Below are positions 1-9,209 of a stretch of DNA of 32,000 nt, piece after piece. Location of the stretch: contig NC_015666.1 of assembly GCF_000217715.1 (NCBI RefSeq), positions 290,270 to 322,269 of the forward strand, given 5' to 3'. How positions within the stretch are numbered: the first letter of the stretch is position 1; each line of letters starts with the position of its first letter. The position numbers were made by a program, and so were the translations under genes. The DNA comes from Halopiger xanaduensis SH-6 (lineage in GTDB: Archaea; Halobacteriota; Halobacteria; Halobacteriales; Natrialbaceae). The notes beneath the pieces are model-generated. The model was not told the DNA's origin and searched no databases. It was given only the letters and a program-made list of their open reading frames with translations.

Positions 1-132
1 GTTGCAGTCAAAGAGGATATGCGGGGCAGCGGTCGGAGCGGAGTGAGAATTACCTGTAATCCGAATCAGGAGATCGATTTCGACGCGCTTGAATCTCAGG
101 CTCGGGAGATACTCGGCGAGACTACTGAGTGA
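1..132 (+). CDS. 3' end of an unidentified CDS entering from upstream of the window (last 43 codons)
   Basis: Frame 1 is open from base 1 to TGA at 130-132 (...CNPNQEIDFDALESQAREILGETTE*). Composition is acidic and halophile-like. It is convergent with the kwaB-like gene. No motif recognised. Confidence 0.3.
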   Translation, partial: VAVKEDMRGSGRSGVRITCNPNQEIDFDALESQAREILGETTE

Positions 133-134
133 GT

Positions 135-1145
135 CTATCCAGCATCTTGCTTTGAGAGCGAGATGTACTGCTCATTCGTAAGGGGCGAGTCGAGGTGATC
201 GTCGTTGAAGAAACGGAGAACAGCCCACACATCTCGTTTATCGTCCATTTTAATGGACATCTCTCCGTCACCGTTCTCCTCGAATTTCACGTCGGTATCG
301 AAGTTGTCGCGGATATACGCCGCGTCGTCTAAATCCATATCTTCGTACACGCCGCGTTCGTGTACCTTGTACATCAGTCTCAGCACACGGTTGTTCCCGT
401 ACACTGCCTCCTTGAACATCTCAAAGTCGTGGAAGGGGATGTCCGTTTCTTCGATTCGGTCTATGACGTCATCCGCACACCGCTCATACTCCGCGAGATA
501 ATCGAATATCTTCTCGAACCGAGACTGGTCGAAAATGTACATCATTCCATCGTAGTAGATGGAATCCACGCGGTCAGGGATCGAGATCAACGAGTCATCC
601 ACTTTCCGGTGTTTCTCACTTCCGACCAGCATACGAGCACGAGACGTTCGACCCATAATCTGGCGCCGACTGTAGTTTAGAAAGGCAATCGCCATCTGGT
701 CGTTGTCGGCATCTCGAATACGGATCGCTTGGAATTCGGGTTTCGGCGGCTCCGTATATGTCGTGTGACTAAACCGCTGTCCCTCCAGCAGGCGTTCGAA
801 GTTATCGAACTGAGGGATGTTCTCCGTGGGTTCGTACTGAACGAAGGTCTGGTCGCGATCGCGATTTTCGATGCCGTAATCCGAGAATCGAATGTTGTCG
901 CTTTCGAGCGCTGATTGCTTATGCTCGACCTTATCACGCACCAAATTCTCCAAGTCCTCTGGGAGCTCTTGATCTAACGAAATACGCTCAAACGTGTAGT
1001 CGTAGTCTTCAGCACTTTCCTCGTTCAGACGAGCCAGCAGCAGGTCGATCCCGAGTTCGCTGGTGTCGATGTCTTCGATCCGTTGGAGAAATGCAACCAG
1101 TTCGTCGAAGTGGTCTCGAGCGTCAACTCGGCTCGCTGAACTCAT
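135..1145 (-). CDS. kwaB: KwaB-like protein (DUF4868-type soluble partner of a Kiwa defence pair), 336 aa
   Basis: Its ATG shares one base with the stop of the upstream 4-TM gene (TAATG at 1143-1147). Size and gene order (small 4-TM protein followed by a ~320-340 aa soluble protein) match Kiwa. The C-terminal segment (VWAVLRFFNDDHLDSPLTNEQY) resembles what I recall of DUF4868. Not verified by profile search. Confidence 0.55.
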   Translation of the reverse strand: MSSASRVDARDHFDELVAFLQRIEDIDTSELGIDLLLARLNEESAEDYDYTFERISLDQELPEDLENLVRDKVEHKQSALESDNIRFSDYGIENRDRDQTFVQYEPTENIPQFDNFERLLEGQRFSHTTYTEPPKPEFQAIRIRDADNDQMAIAFLNYSRRQIMGRTSRARMLVGSEKHRKVDDSLISIPDRVDSIYYDGMMYIFDQSRFEKIFDYLAEYERCADDVIDRIEETDIPFHDFEMFKEAVYGNNRVLRLMYKVHERGVYEDMDLDDAAYIRDNFDTDVKFEENGDGEMSIKMDDKRDVWAVLRFFNDDHLDSPLTNEQYISLSKQDAG

Positions 1146-1714
1146 TATCTTGTGGTGATATAGACATCACTACTTATTCTTGCGGTATTGAGTGTCATGT
1201 CGTTCCCACTCAATTCCTGCTTGGTGAGGAGGATTCGTCTGTCGTGCTCAGTTTCGATTTCGTAGACGCGGTAGCGGAAGCCGATCAGAACCGGATTAAC
1301 GAACAAGCGGTTAGAGCGGATCACGATCGCGGCGACCGTGAGAAATAGCACGAGAAATGCTGCTACATCGTATATGTTCGAGAACTCGAACACGATGAAC
1401 GGGAAGATGTAGACTAAGAGGTATTCTGTGAACATATCCGACCGATTTCGGTAGTGCTCGATTTCGCTCAACTGGCCCTGTCTCGTGCGATTCATCCGTA
1501 TCATCAGAGCCAAGAAGACGACGCTAACCACGGTGAGAGCCGAGAAACCGAGCGAAAAATAGGATAACTCAACAGGCCCGATTCCGACGGGCTCCAGTTG
1601 GTACCCGAAAACCGAGTGGGTCGAATCGTGGGCGCGGAGGGCGACGATAGCGAAGAGCGGGCTATAGGAGCTCAGGAACAGGACGATCTTCGCCCAGCTC
1701 GGAATACGCCCCAT
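1145..1714 (-). CDS. kwaA: KwaA-like small membrane protein with four predicted TM helices, 189 aa
   Basis: Four hydrophobic segments: AKIVLFLSSYSPLFAIVAL, LSYFSLGFSALTVVSVVFLALMI, FTEYLLVYIFPFIVFEF, VAAFLVLFLTVAAIVI. Soluble C-terminal tail. Immediately upstream of, and overlapping, the kwaB-like gene. Confidence 0.55.
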   Translation of the reverse strand: MGRIPSWAKIVLFLSSYSPLFAIVALRAHDSTHSVFGYQLEPVGIGPVELSYFSLGFSALTVVSVVFLALMIRMNRTRQGQLSEIEHYRNRSDMFTEYLLVYIFPFIVFEFSNIYDVAAFLVLFLTVAAIVIRSNRLFVNPVLIGFRYRVYEIETEHDRRILLTKQELSGNDMTLNTARISSDVYITTR

Positions 1715-1866
1715 TAGGTTCGCTATGTTCTATTCGGAGGTCAAAGTCAGTTTTGTATCCACTTTCCGGAGAACATCACGGATACTGACCCGGCCGCTGT
1801 CCCAGAGTCTATGGACAATCTTCAAGACACCTCAATGGTTCTGCTTGAAACATCACTGAGTTTCGT

Positions 1867-4800
1867 ATGGACGGACAATCTACCCAACCCCGGAAGGCCC
1901 AGCTCGACAAGGAAGAACGCGAGCATCTCGAGGACGTCGTCACCGAGATGCGCGACCGCGTCGAGGCGAACGTTCGCTACCAGCTCGAGGACGAGTATGA
2001 CCTCGACGAGAAACCGGACGACGATGCGTCCCTAAGCGAGGAGCAGGAAGACCTCGTCGAGGCTATCGAACTCGAAGCCGTCGACGGGAATGATTGGGAC
2101 GACGGCTACGAGCAGTACATCACGGGCGTCGGCTACACGATCGTCAATCGGCTGGCCGCGCTCCGTTGTATGGAGGTTCGTGACTTCATCGACGACGAGG
2201 TCACGGCCTTCCGCGACGACGGCCTCACGCCAGCCGCCGACCGGCTGGTCACCGAGGAGTTCATGCTCGAGGAGGAAGCCGTCCTCGAAGCCTACAGGAA
2301 CGCGTGCGACGATCTCGCTGAGGAGATCGACATTCTCTTCGACCGCTCAACGGCCTACAGTCAGCTCGATCCCGACGACGACACCTACGAAGACCTCTGT
2401 GGGATGCTCGATGAGGTATCTGACGAGGTCTGGCGGGCCGACGACGTACTGGGCTGGGTCTACGAGTACTACAACGTCAATCTTCTTGACGATCTTCGAC
2501 GGAAGGGCGACCGTGAAGGACTAGAGCCTGAAGACGTGCCAGCAGCGAACCAGTTCTATACGCCGCACTGGGTCGTGCGGATGCTTACCGACAACTCGCT
2601 AGGGAAGCTCTATCTCGAAGACAACGGAACGCTGCAGGAGACGGTTGATAGACAGGACTCACTGACGCCCGACGAACGTAAGAATCGCCCACTATCCCCC
2701 GACGAGTCCCCAGATATTGCGGATTTCTGTACCTATCTCGTCCCATCTGAAGAGGAAGGTGAACCACCGGAGTTCGACGGCCCTGAAGACATCCGCGTCA
2801 TTGACCCGGCCTGTGGAAGCGGTCACTTCCTACTGTACGCGTTCGACGTGCTGGAGCGCATCTATCGGGCCGAAACAGATCTCGACCACGCCGAAATCCC
2901 ACGAGAGATTCTGCGGAACAACCTCTACGGCGTCGACCTTGATATGCGTGCCTGCCAACTCGCCGCGTTCAATCTCTATCTGAAGGGCCGGACGCGGGCC
3001 GAGGCCGAGGGCGCGAGCGGCTTCGATATGCCGGAGGTCGGCATCGTCTGTGCCGACGCGAAGGTGGCCGACATCGAGGGCGTTGAGGAGGTGTTCGACG
3101 AGGTGGCCGACGGGAAGTCAGACGTGGAGGATGCCCTCCGGCGTATCCTTGATGCGTTCGAGGAAGTTCACGGCCTCGGGAGTCTGCTGGACGTGCGTGG
3201 GACGCTCGGCGACCTGTTCGAGGACGACAGCGAGCAGGCCGGGGTTCAGATTACGCTCGGTGACGACCCGCGGGAGGATCACACGCTCGGGCAGATTCTA
3301 CACAGTCTGCGTGATGCAGTCGACCAACACCGGGAGGAGGATTCGTTCTTGGCGCAGGACTTGCGAAGCTTCGTCCGACTGCTAGACGTGCTGGCACAGG
3401 ACTATGATGTGGCGTTGATGAATCCGCCGTATGGGTCGAAGAATCGGATGCCAGACGTGGTGCAGGATTATGTTGAAGAGCACTATCGATACTCATCTGA
3501 GTTTTATATCAACTTCTTCGAGGTCTGTGATCGAGTGTCTAAGGAGGATGGGAGAATCGGGATGCTCGTTCCCCGGAGCTTTATGTACAAAAACCGGTAT
3601 CAAGACTTCCGCAGTGACTTTATTGGAGATGAGGGGAGTTTCGACTTCCTAGCTGAATATGGAATTGGCATCTTGGACAATGCCACCGTTCGGACAGTAG
3701 GTACTGTAGTCCAATCAGGAGCAAATCAGGGGTCTAAGGGGTCGTTCCTCCGACTTCACGATATACAAACTGAGCAGAAAGAGCAGGTATTCACTGAGGT
3801 TCTCTCTGATTCCAACGATAACGAGGTGATTCGTAGCTTCGATATTGAACTGCAAGAGTTCGATAAGATACCTCGCACCCCAATTTGTTACTCTATTCCT
3901 CAAGAAATCCGCGCGTTGCACGAATGTGAAACAAAACTGGACGCAGAGCACGCAGGGGTAGATGGAGAATCTATCTGTAACGCAGTTCCGGGACTTCAAA
4001 CAGCCGATGATGACCGTTTCGTCAGGCGATTCTGGGAGATTGACGATTATGAGGTTTTCAAACCGATTGCGAAGGGTGGAGCAGATGCATGGCTAGTCCC
4101 CCCGGTCACAGAGACTGTTGAGTGGAGTGGGAATGGAACCATTCTTAAACGTTCCAGCAAGTCGATCAGAACTCGGAACGAATCGCTATATGGCAACAAG
4201 GGACTGAGTTGGACTTACATAAAGGATACAGGTCGTCGATTCGGGTATTATCCGGGAGGCTTGTTCAGCCATACTGGTTTTATGCTCTTTCCCAAAACGG
4301 AGAAGTCTCTTTGGAAGATGATGGCCATACTGAATTCGACTCTCTACCACAATCTCTTTCTCTCACTGACGACAGAGCGGCACTGGAACGCAGGCGAGGT
4401 TGGTAGTGTTCCGTGGGTCGAATCGATTGATAAGCAAGACGGGTTGGAGTCTGCGGCTCGCGAGCAGTACGAAATTATGGTGGAACAGCGAGCAAATGAT
4501 CCATCGAGTCCCTACTATACAGGGCCGAGCCTACTTCCTACGGAAAGCGGCGATTCGTTCTACTCGCACCCACATTCGCGAAGTCTGTCGGAATCTGAGG
4601 CCTCAATCGATCCAAGCACCATATCGGTAAGTGACCCAATCAGACCTGCTGCACGAAAGGAGGAACAAGCCCGACTGAAGCGGCGTCAGCAGCTGGAGAA
4701 TCTATCCGAGCAGATAGATTCTCAGGTGTTCTCAGCGATCGAGCTTTCCAGCGAAGTTCAGGATAGAGCCCGACAGGAGATATTCCTCCGAACATCCGAA

Positions 4801-6192
4801 GACCCCGAAGATCGCGAAGTCCCCAACCCCGAATCCGTCCCTGAAGTCCCGGACAACCTTGACGAACAGGTTAAAGACCTTGTCCACCACTTCGCGATGA
4901 AAGCCGTCCGCGAGGAATCCGACGGCATCATTCCGCTCGAAGGTACGGACGAGCAGGCCGACATGCTCAACCACATCGTCGAGCAATTCGAGGACGCGTA
5001 CGGCGAGCACGCCGAAGACCGCCTCGTCGAGGTCGACGATATTCTCGGGGCCGAGTCCGCCGCCGACGAGGCGTACCCCAACCTCCGGTCGTTCATCGAG
5101 GACGAACTCTTCGCCTACCACGTCGACACGATGGAGAACACGCCCATCGTTTGGAAGCTTAGCACGGCGCGGCTCCTCGCCGACGCGAAGGGCGAGGGCT
5201 TCGCGTGCTTCGTCGACTACCACCAACTCGATGCCAGCCTATTCGACCGCCTGAGCAACCAGTATCTCGAACCGCGGAAAGCCGAACTCCGCGAGCGTCG
5301 GTCGGCAGCGAACCAACGTCGGAACAACGAGTCACTCTCCACAAGCGAACGCGCTGAGGCGACCGACGAGTTCGAGTTCTGCTCCAGTGCGCTCGAACAG
5401 ATCGCCGAACTCGAAGAGGTGATGCAGGAACTCGGCTCCACCAGTGAGCGCGAGTTCGACGACGACGATCGCGAACGCGTCAGCAAGCTAGCCCCCAAGG
5501 TCGCCGCGTTCCGCGAGGAGACCGCGGAGCGCATCGAGACGCTCAAACGACTCCGCGAAATGAACGGCGAGGAGTGGTTCCAAGACACCTTCTCCGATAA
5601 TTTCTGGAACGCCGTCGACGAGTGGCGTGACGAGTGGGTGGACGCTCTTGAGGAACTGGAACACGCTTGCGAGGAGTACGCCAAACCCAGCGACGAGCCC
5701 GTCGAAGCCCACCTTGCCGACCTCTTCGACTACTTCAACTGGCGGCTCAAAGGCTCGGATCATTACTCCAGCACGGGCATCCTCTTCATGACCTACTACT
5801 TCGAGCGCGAGGGGAGCGACCTCCTCGACGACGATGGTGAGCCGTTCGATAACCTCACCGAGGATGAGAAGCTGCTCGCCTCGCTCGCGACGGGTATCGA
5901 CGACGCATCCGTCCTTGACGAAGAGTACCTCCAACAGATTGCGGATGATGAAGGCGTCGACAACGTGGACGAGTTACCACCGCTAGCGGAGTTCAAGGCG
6001 CTCGCTGAGGAAATCGATGACCGCTGTCAGACGGTGGATAAGCAGATTCCCTCGGACTGGTCGGATCGTGCGCTATCGGAGATCACGACAGCGGGTTACC
6101 AGCCTGTCCACAAGCACGGCGTCGCGATCAATATTACACCGCTCGCGGAGAAGGACATCGTTCCGGAGGTAGTCGAAGACAAGGTACTGTAG
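1867..6192 (+). CDS. pglX: BREX PglX-type N6-adenine DNA methyltransferase, 1441 aa
   Basis: PglX-typical N-terminal blocks LGWVYEYYN and ANQFYTPHWVVRMLTDNSLG. AdoMet motif I VIDPACGSGHFLLYAF (nt 2797 onward). Motif IV LMNPPYG (NPPY at nt 3421-3432). C-terminal blocks TPIVWKLS...GFACFVDYHQLD and HGVAINITPL resemble PglX C-termini. ATG at 1867. Confidence 0.85.
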   Translation: MDGQSTQPRKAQLDKEEREHLEDVVTEMRDRVEANVRYQLEDEYDLDEKPDDDASLSEEQEDLVEAIELEAVDGNDWDDGYEQYITGVGYTIVNRLAALRCMEVRDFIDDEVTAFRDDGLTPAADRLVTEEFMLEEEAVLEAYRNACDDLAEEIDILFDRSTAYSQLDPDDDTYEDLCGMLDEVSDEVWRADDVLGWVYEYYNVNLLDDLRRKGDREGLEPEDVPAANQFYTPHWVVRMLTDNSLGKLYLEDNGTLQETVDRQDSLTPDERKNRPLSPDESPDIADFCTYLVPSEEEGEPPEFDGPEDIRVIDPACGSGHFLLYAFDVLERIYRAETDLDHAEIPREILRNNLYGVDLDMRACQLAAFNLYLKGRTRAEAEGASGFDMPEVGIVCADAKVADIEGVEEVFDEVADGKSDVEDALRRILDAFEEVHGLGSLLDVRGTLGDLFEDDSEQAGVQITLGDDPREDHTLGQILHSLRDAVDQHREEDSFLAQDLRSFVRLLDVLAQDYDVALMNPPYGSKNRMPDVVQDYVEEHYRYSSEFYINFFEVCDRVSKEDGRIGMLVPRSFMYKNRYQDFRSDFIGDEGSFDFLAEYGIGILDNATVRTVGTVVQSGANQGSKGSFLRLHDIQTEQKEQVFTEVLSDSNDNEVIRSFDIELQEFDKIPRTPICYSIPQEIRALHECETKLDAEHAGVDGESICNAVPGLQTADDDRFVRRFWEIDDYEVFKPIAKGGADAWLVPPVTETVEWSGNGTILKRSSKSIRTRNESLYGNKGLSWTYIKDTGRRFGYYPGGLFSHTGFMLFPKTEKSLWKMMAILNSTLYHNLFLSLTTERHWNAGEVGSVPWVESIDKQDGLESAAREQYEIMVEQRANDPSSPYYTGPSLLPTESGDSFYSHPHSRSLSESEASIDPSTISVSDPIRPAARKEEQARLKRRQQLENLSEQIDSQVFSAIELSSEVQDRARQEIFLRTSEDPEDREVPNPESVPEVPDNLDEQVKDLVHHFAMKAVREESDGIIPLEGTDEQADMLNHIVEQFEDAYGEHAEDRLVEVDDILGAESAADEAYPNLRSFIEDELFAYHVDTMENTPIVWKLSTARLLADAKGEGFACFVDYHQLDASLFDRLSNQYLEPRKAELRERRSAANQRRNNESLSTSERAEATDEFEFCSSALEQIAELEEVMQELGSTSEREFDDDDRERVSKLAPKVAAFREETAERIETLKRLREMNGEEWFQDTFSDNFWNAVDEWRDEWVDALEELEHACEEYAKPSDEPVEAHLADLFDYFNWRLKGSDHYSSTGILFMTYYFEREGSDLLDDDGEPFDNLTEDEKLLASLATGIDDASVLDEEYLQQIADDEGVDNVDELPPLAEFKALAEEIDDRCQTVDKQIPSDWSDRALSEITTAGYQPVHKHGVAINITPLAEKDIVPEVVEDKVL

Positions 6193-6361
6193 TCGATTAC
6201 GCGTTCGCTTGTCAGACAGTTCTTGAGGCGGTCTTCGACCTTTTGATTTGTTTACATTCTCGGATACTGATTTGAAAAATGCCGCTATGTTCATATATCA
6301 AACTGGAAACCAGCCTCTCGGCAAATCAGAAGACGGAACGAGAGCACTTCAACAGAACCGC

Positions 6362-7723
6362 CTACCAATATATCGCCGTGAAGCTGACCTCAAGATACCA
6401 CTCGTTACGCTCCCCTCCACGTGCGAGTGTTTCAAACTCTCTGGATAGAATCGCGTCTATCAAATCATCCCGCTTTGATTCATCGAGTTCATAGTCGTGG
6501 CTCCTGCTGTCTAGCTCACTTTCGAGTTTTTCAACCGCCTCCTCAATACCCTCGATCCTCGACGTTGTTTCGCCAGTATCCGAGAGGACAGATTGCACCA
6601 CATCCTCGGCTTCTTCCGCACTAACGTTAAGATTTGATTCGCCCTCAAGCTCATCAAGATAACTTTCCAACCGAGGTCGAAGCTCTATTTCATTCCCTTC
6701 ATCTACTGGAGCGCCGGGGTTTGCATCTTCGAATGTCTCCGGGATGTCATAAATCGACTCTCCAAGCCCAGATACTATCGAATCGACTACTGACAATAGC
6801 TTAATTGGCATCCACTCGTCTGAGACCTCATCACTGTCCAGCCGACAATAGACTGTGTACTCATCGTCGTCAAATAAGAACCTTGTTTCTTCTTGCCAGA
6901 ACTTGTCTGAATTTACAAATCCGACTATATTCAGAGGTTCACACTTGTTTTGGTACTCGGAAACGTAGTCCTCGTGTACGATGATGGGCTCATCGTCTTC
7001 AACTATGACACCATAGTTTTCTACTTCTCCCACAATTGGCACCAGCCCAGCTAACAGATGTTCGATAAGCTCGGAGAATGCCTCCAGCTCGCGCATTGAG
7101 AACTCTTCAGTATCGAGATGCCGAGAGAACTCTGATTCTTCGGGGAACAAGTCGAACATCTCTGCCATAGAACCGACTGCCGTATAGAAGTCATAAACCT
7201 CGTGAGAGCCAAGATTCACATTCACCTCCGCTAAGCTTCCTCTATCGAAATCGACCTCAGTTAGAGGTTCAGGCTCATCGTTTGATGTCAGGCGATCCCA
7301 GATCCGACGAGGAACGGACGCATGAGGCTCATATTCGTCAGATATGACCATATCATCAGCGCGCATTTCATACAGCTCCTTGAAATTCGACTGAATCACA
7401 TATCGGCGGACTGCCTCTGAACTGCTCTCCTTGGTAGCACCTATATTTGCGTTCAGAGATGATGTTTTATCGCCCAGTCCTCCCTTGATGCTTCCAGAAA
7501 TCTGACGGCGCTTTACTGTGCTTTTCTGCTCAGTGATGCCACCAGTAGTTGACGCGATCAGGCTAATTACGGAGGTTTCGTCAAGATAGACGAATTCACG
7601 GAGAGGTGGGACAGTTACATAACCTAATTTTGTCTTTGCCCAGTCTATCCCTCGTAGAGGAAGCCGAATAGTGGTGGCCGCTGCTCCTTTCACCCATGCG
7701 AGAATGCCCATATTATTCACCAC
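6362..7723 (-). CDS. Hypothetical 453-aa protein, translationally coupled partner of the AAA+ ATPase
   Basis: Long ORF with acidic composition. The start region overlaps or abuts the ATPase stop: GTG at 7723 or 7720, or ATG at 7711, against TAA at 7713-7715. The N-terminal block REFVYLDETSVISLIASTTGGITEQKS is followed by a G/S/K-rich linker. The C-terminus is an acidic coiled-coil-like tail. No catalytic motif recognised. Possible DUF6414/DolA-like N-terminus (unverified). Confidence 0.7.
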   Translation of the reverse strand: MVNNMGILAWVKGAAATTIRLPLRGIDWAKTKLGYVTVPPLREFVYLDETSVISLIASTTGGITEQKSTVKRRQISGSIKGGLGDKTSSLNANIGATKESSSEAVRRYVIQSNFKELYEMRADDMVISDEYEPHASVPRRIWDRLTSNDEPEPLTEVDFDRGSLAEVNVNLGSHEVYDFYTAVGSMAEMFDLFPEESEFSRHLDTEEFSMRELEAFSELIEHLLAGLVPIVGEVENYGVIVEDDEPIIVHEDYVSEYQNKCEPLNIVGFVNSDKFWQEETRFLFDDDEYTVYCRLDSDEVSDEWMPIKLLSVVDSIVSGLGESIYDIPETFEDANPGAPVDEGNEIELRPRLESYLDELEGESNLNVSAEEAEDVVQSVLSDTGETTSRIEGIEEAVEKLESELDSRSHDYELDESKRDDLIDAILSREFETLARGGERNEWYLEVSFTAIYW

Positions 7724-8930
7724 CGTTAGTATTCATTTGCATCATTAACCGCTCATGTGCCTTCAAGAGGTCAGAATGTCGAATCTCATCGCGGCCAGCT
7801 GCTACGCAGAGGACTCCTGCCTCGTTCAGTAACGCGCGTAGTTTTGCTCCCGTCCAGCCCTCTGTCCGAGACATCACTTGGTCAATATTTTCTTCAGTGA
7901 TTGTGTCTGAGAGATTGTATCCCTCCCGTAGAGTGTTGAAAATCTCTCTACGGTGTTCGTCACTAGGTCTCGGAAAATGTACTTGCCAGTCAAACCGACC
8001 CGGACGAAGCAACGCATCATCTATCTCATTGATTTGGTTGGTTGCAGCGATGACAAAGACGTTCTCCTGTGCTCCATCAAATCCATCAAGAACGGCTAGT
8101 AGTTGGGCAACAATCCGTTGGCTGAAATCTCGTGTGCCCTCTCCACCTCGATCGACGGCAATACTATCGATCTCATCGAAGAAGATTATCGAAGGACTCT
8201 CTTCTCGCGCATCGTCGAATATCTCGCGTATTAACCGTTCAGTGTCGCCAACACCTTTACTGACGATTTCAGGGCCCCGGATACGATAGAATTGTGCTGA
8301 AATCGACTCAGAAAGTATCCGAGCAAAGTGAGTCTTCCCTGTTCCCGGAGGCCCATAAAAAAGAGCACCCATCCGCGGTTCCGTTCCAACTGTGGAGAGG
8401 GCATCAGATTCTGTCAGAAATAGCTCGACACGTTCACGAAACTGTTCTTGCGGAGTAGTCATACCCCCAAAGTCCTTGAAGGTCAGTTCTTTCTCCTCAT
8501 CTCCATCTTGCCCGCTCGATCTGCTCTCCTTGAAGGAATTAATCAGGGACTCATTGTCTGGCCCGAAGAGAGACAGAGAAGGATCGATCCCGGGATGTAC
8601 ATCAACGATCATATTCCTACTGATCTCAACGGCGGCGCCCGGTTCCACGTTGATGTTCCTCGGATTCGGTATTTTCTGCGTGACTCCATTAATTTCCACG
8701 ATCGCAGCACCATCAAGTTGTTTCTTCACCGTCCCTAACTCACTTCTTTCTATAGAATCTGGCTTTGCCATCCCCTCAAAGGTCAAATCATCACCATTTA
8801 GTTTAATCATGTCACCGGCGCTAAGATCGGCCTTAGTGACAATGTCGAAAATACCCCCGGTGGAAAGCTCTACGGTATATTGACCACTGTCTAACTCCTC
8901 ACGTACCGTGGCGTAGACCAGACTAGACAT
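7713..8930 (-). CDS. Classical-clade AAA+ ATPase (CDC48/FtsH-like single AAA module) with a ~190-aa beta-rich N-domain, 405 aa
   Basis: Walker A GPPGTGKT, Walker B IIFFDEID, sensor-1 VIAATN, second region of homology ALLRPGRFD, and a C-terminal helical lid. The N-terminal 190 aa are beta-strand-like (VYATVREELDSGQYTVELS...AIVEINGVTQKI). Confidence 0.9.
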   Translation of the reverse strand: MSSLVYATVREELDSGQYTVELSTGGIFDIVTKADLSAGDMIKLNGDDLTFEGMAKPDSIERSELGTVKKQLDGAAIVEINGVTQKIPNPRNINVEPGAAVEISRNMIVDVHPGIDPSLSLFGPDNESLINSFKESRSSGQDGDEEKELTFKDFGGMTTPQEQFRERVELFLTESDALSTVGTEPRMGALFYGPPGTGKTHFARILSESISAQFYRIRGPEIVSKGVGDTERLIREIFDDAREESPSIIFFDEIDSIAVDRGGEGTRDFSQRIVAQLLAVLDGFDGAQENVFVIAATNQINEIDDALLRPGRFDWQVHFPRPSDEHRREIFNTLREGYNLSDTITEENIDQVMSRTEGWTGAKLRALLNEAGVLCVAAGRDEIRHSDLLKAHERLMMQMNTNGGE

Positions 8931-8959
8931 TCTTGTTACTGGTTGTATCTGTACAGTTT

Positions 8960-8971
8960 GGTATTAATACC
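8960..8971. promoter_or_regulatory. Perfect 12-bp palindrome GGTATTAATACC, a TATA-like element or operator upstream of the AAA+ ATPase gene
   Basis: The sequence GGTATTAATACC is its own reverse complement. It lies ~30 nt upstream of the ATPase ATG (8930, minus strand), in the 279-bp divergent region shared with pglZ. The A/T core fits an archaeal TATA box. Confidence 0.35.
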
Positions 8972-9209
8972 CTTCATATTCAGAGCGCAGCAGTCCCGTC
9001 AACCGAAGCTTCATCGGAACTTTGGCCATTATGTGGAAGTCTCGGGTCATCAACTCAAATTCCTGTCCAGTAGCCTCGTCGATCTCCTCCACAGTCGAGG
9101 CCTCAAAGTCATCGTATGACTGAGGCGCTGACGAAGCTATTAAAATATTGGCGAGAGCGTGATAACATAGTCCCAGTAATTTCTCCGAATCTGACTACTC
9201 GTTTCATCC

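Noticed and set aside
9010-9021. 12-nt match TTCATCGGAACT to the ORB-like element at 22686-22697
   Set aside because: Exact 12-mer coincidences are expected by chance many times in 32 kb read on both strands. The flanks do not share the G-string.
8964-9092. Short minus-strand ORF (GTG at 9092 to TAA at 8964-8966; ...EEIDEATGQEFELMTRDFHIMAKVPMKLRLTGLLRSEYEGY) in the ATPase/pglZ divergent region
   Set aside because: It has protein-like acidic composition but only ~42 codons from the only possible start. It overlaps the palindromic TATA-like element and has no motif. It could be a gene remnant, but the evidence is insufficient.
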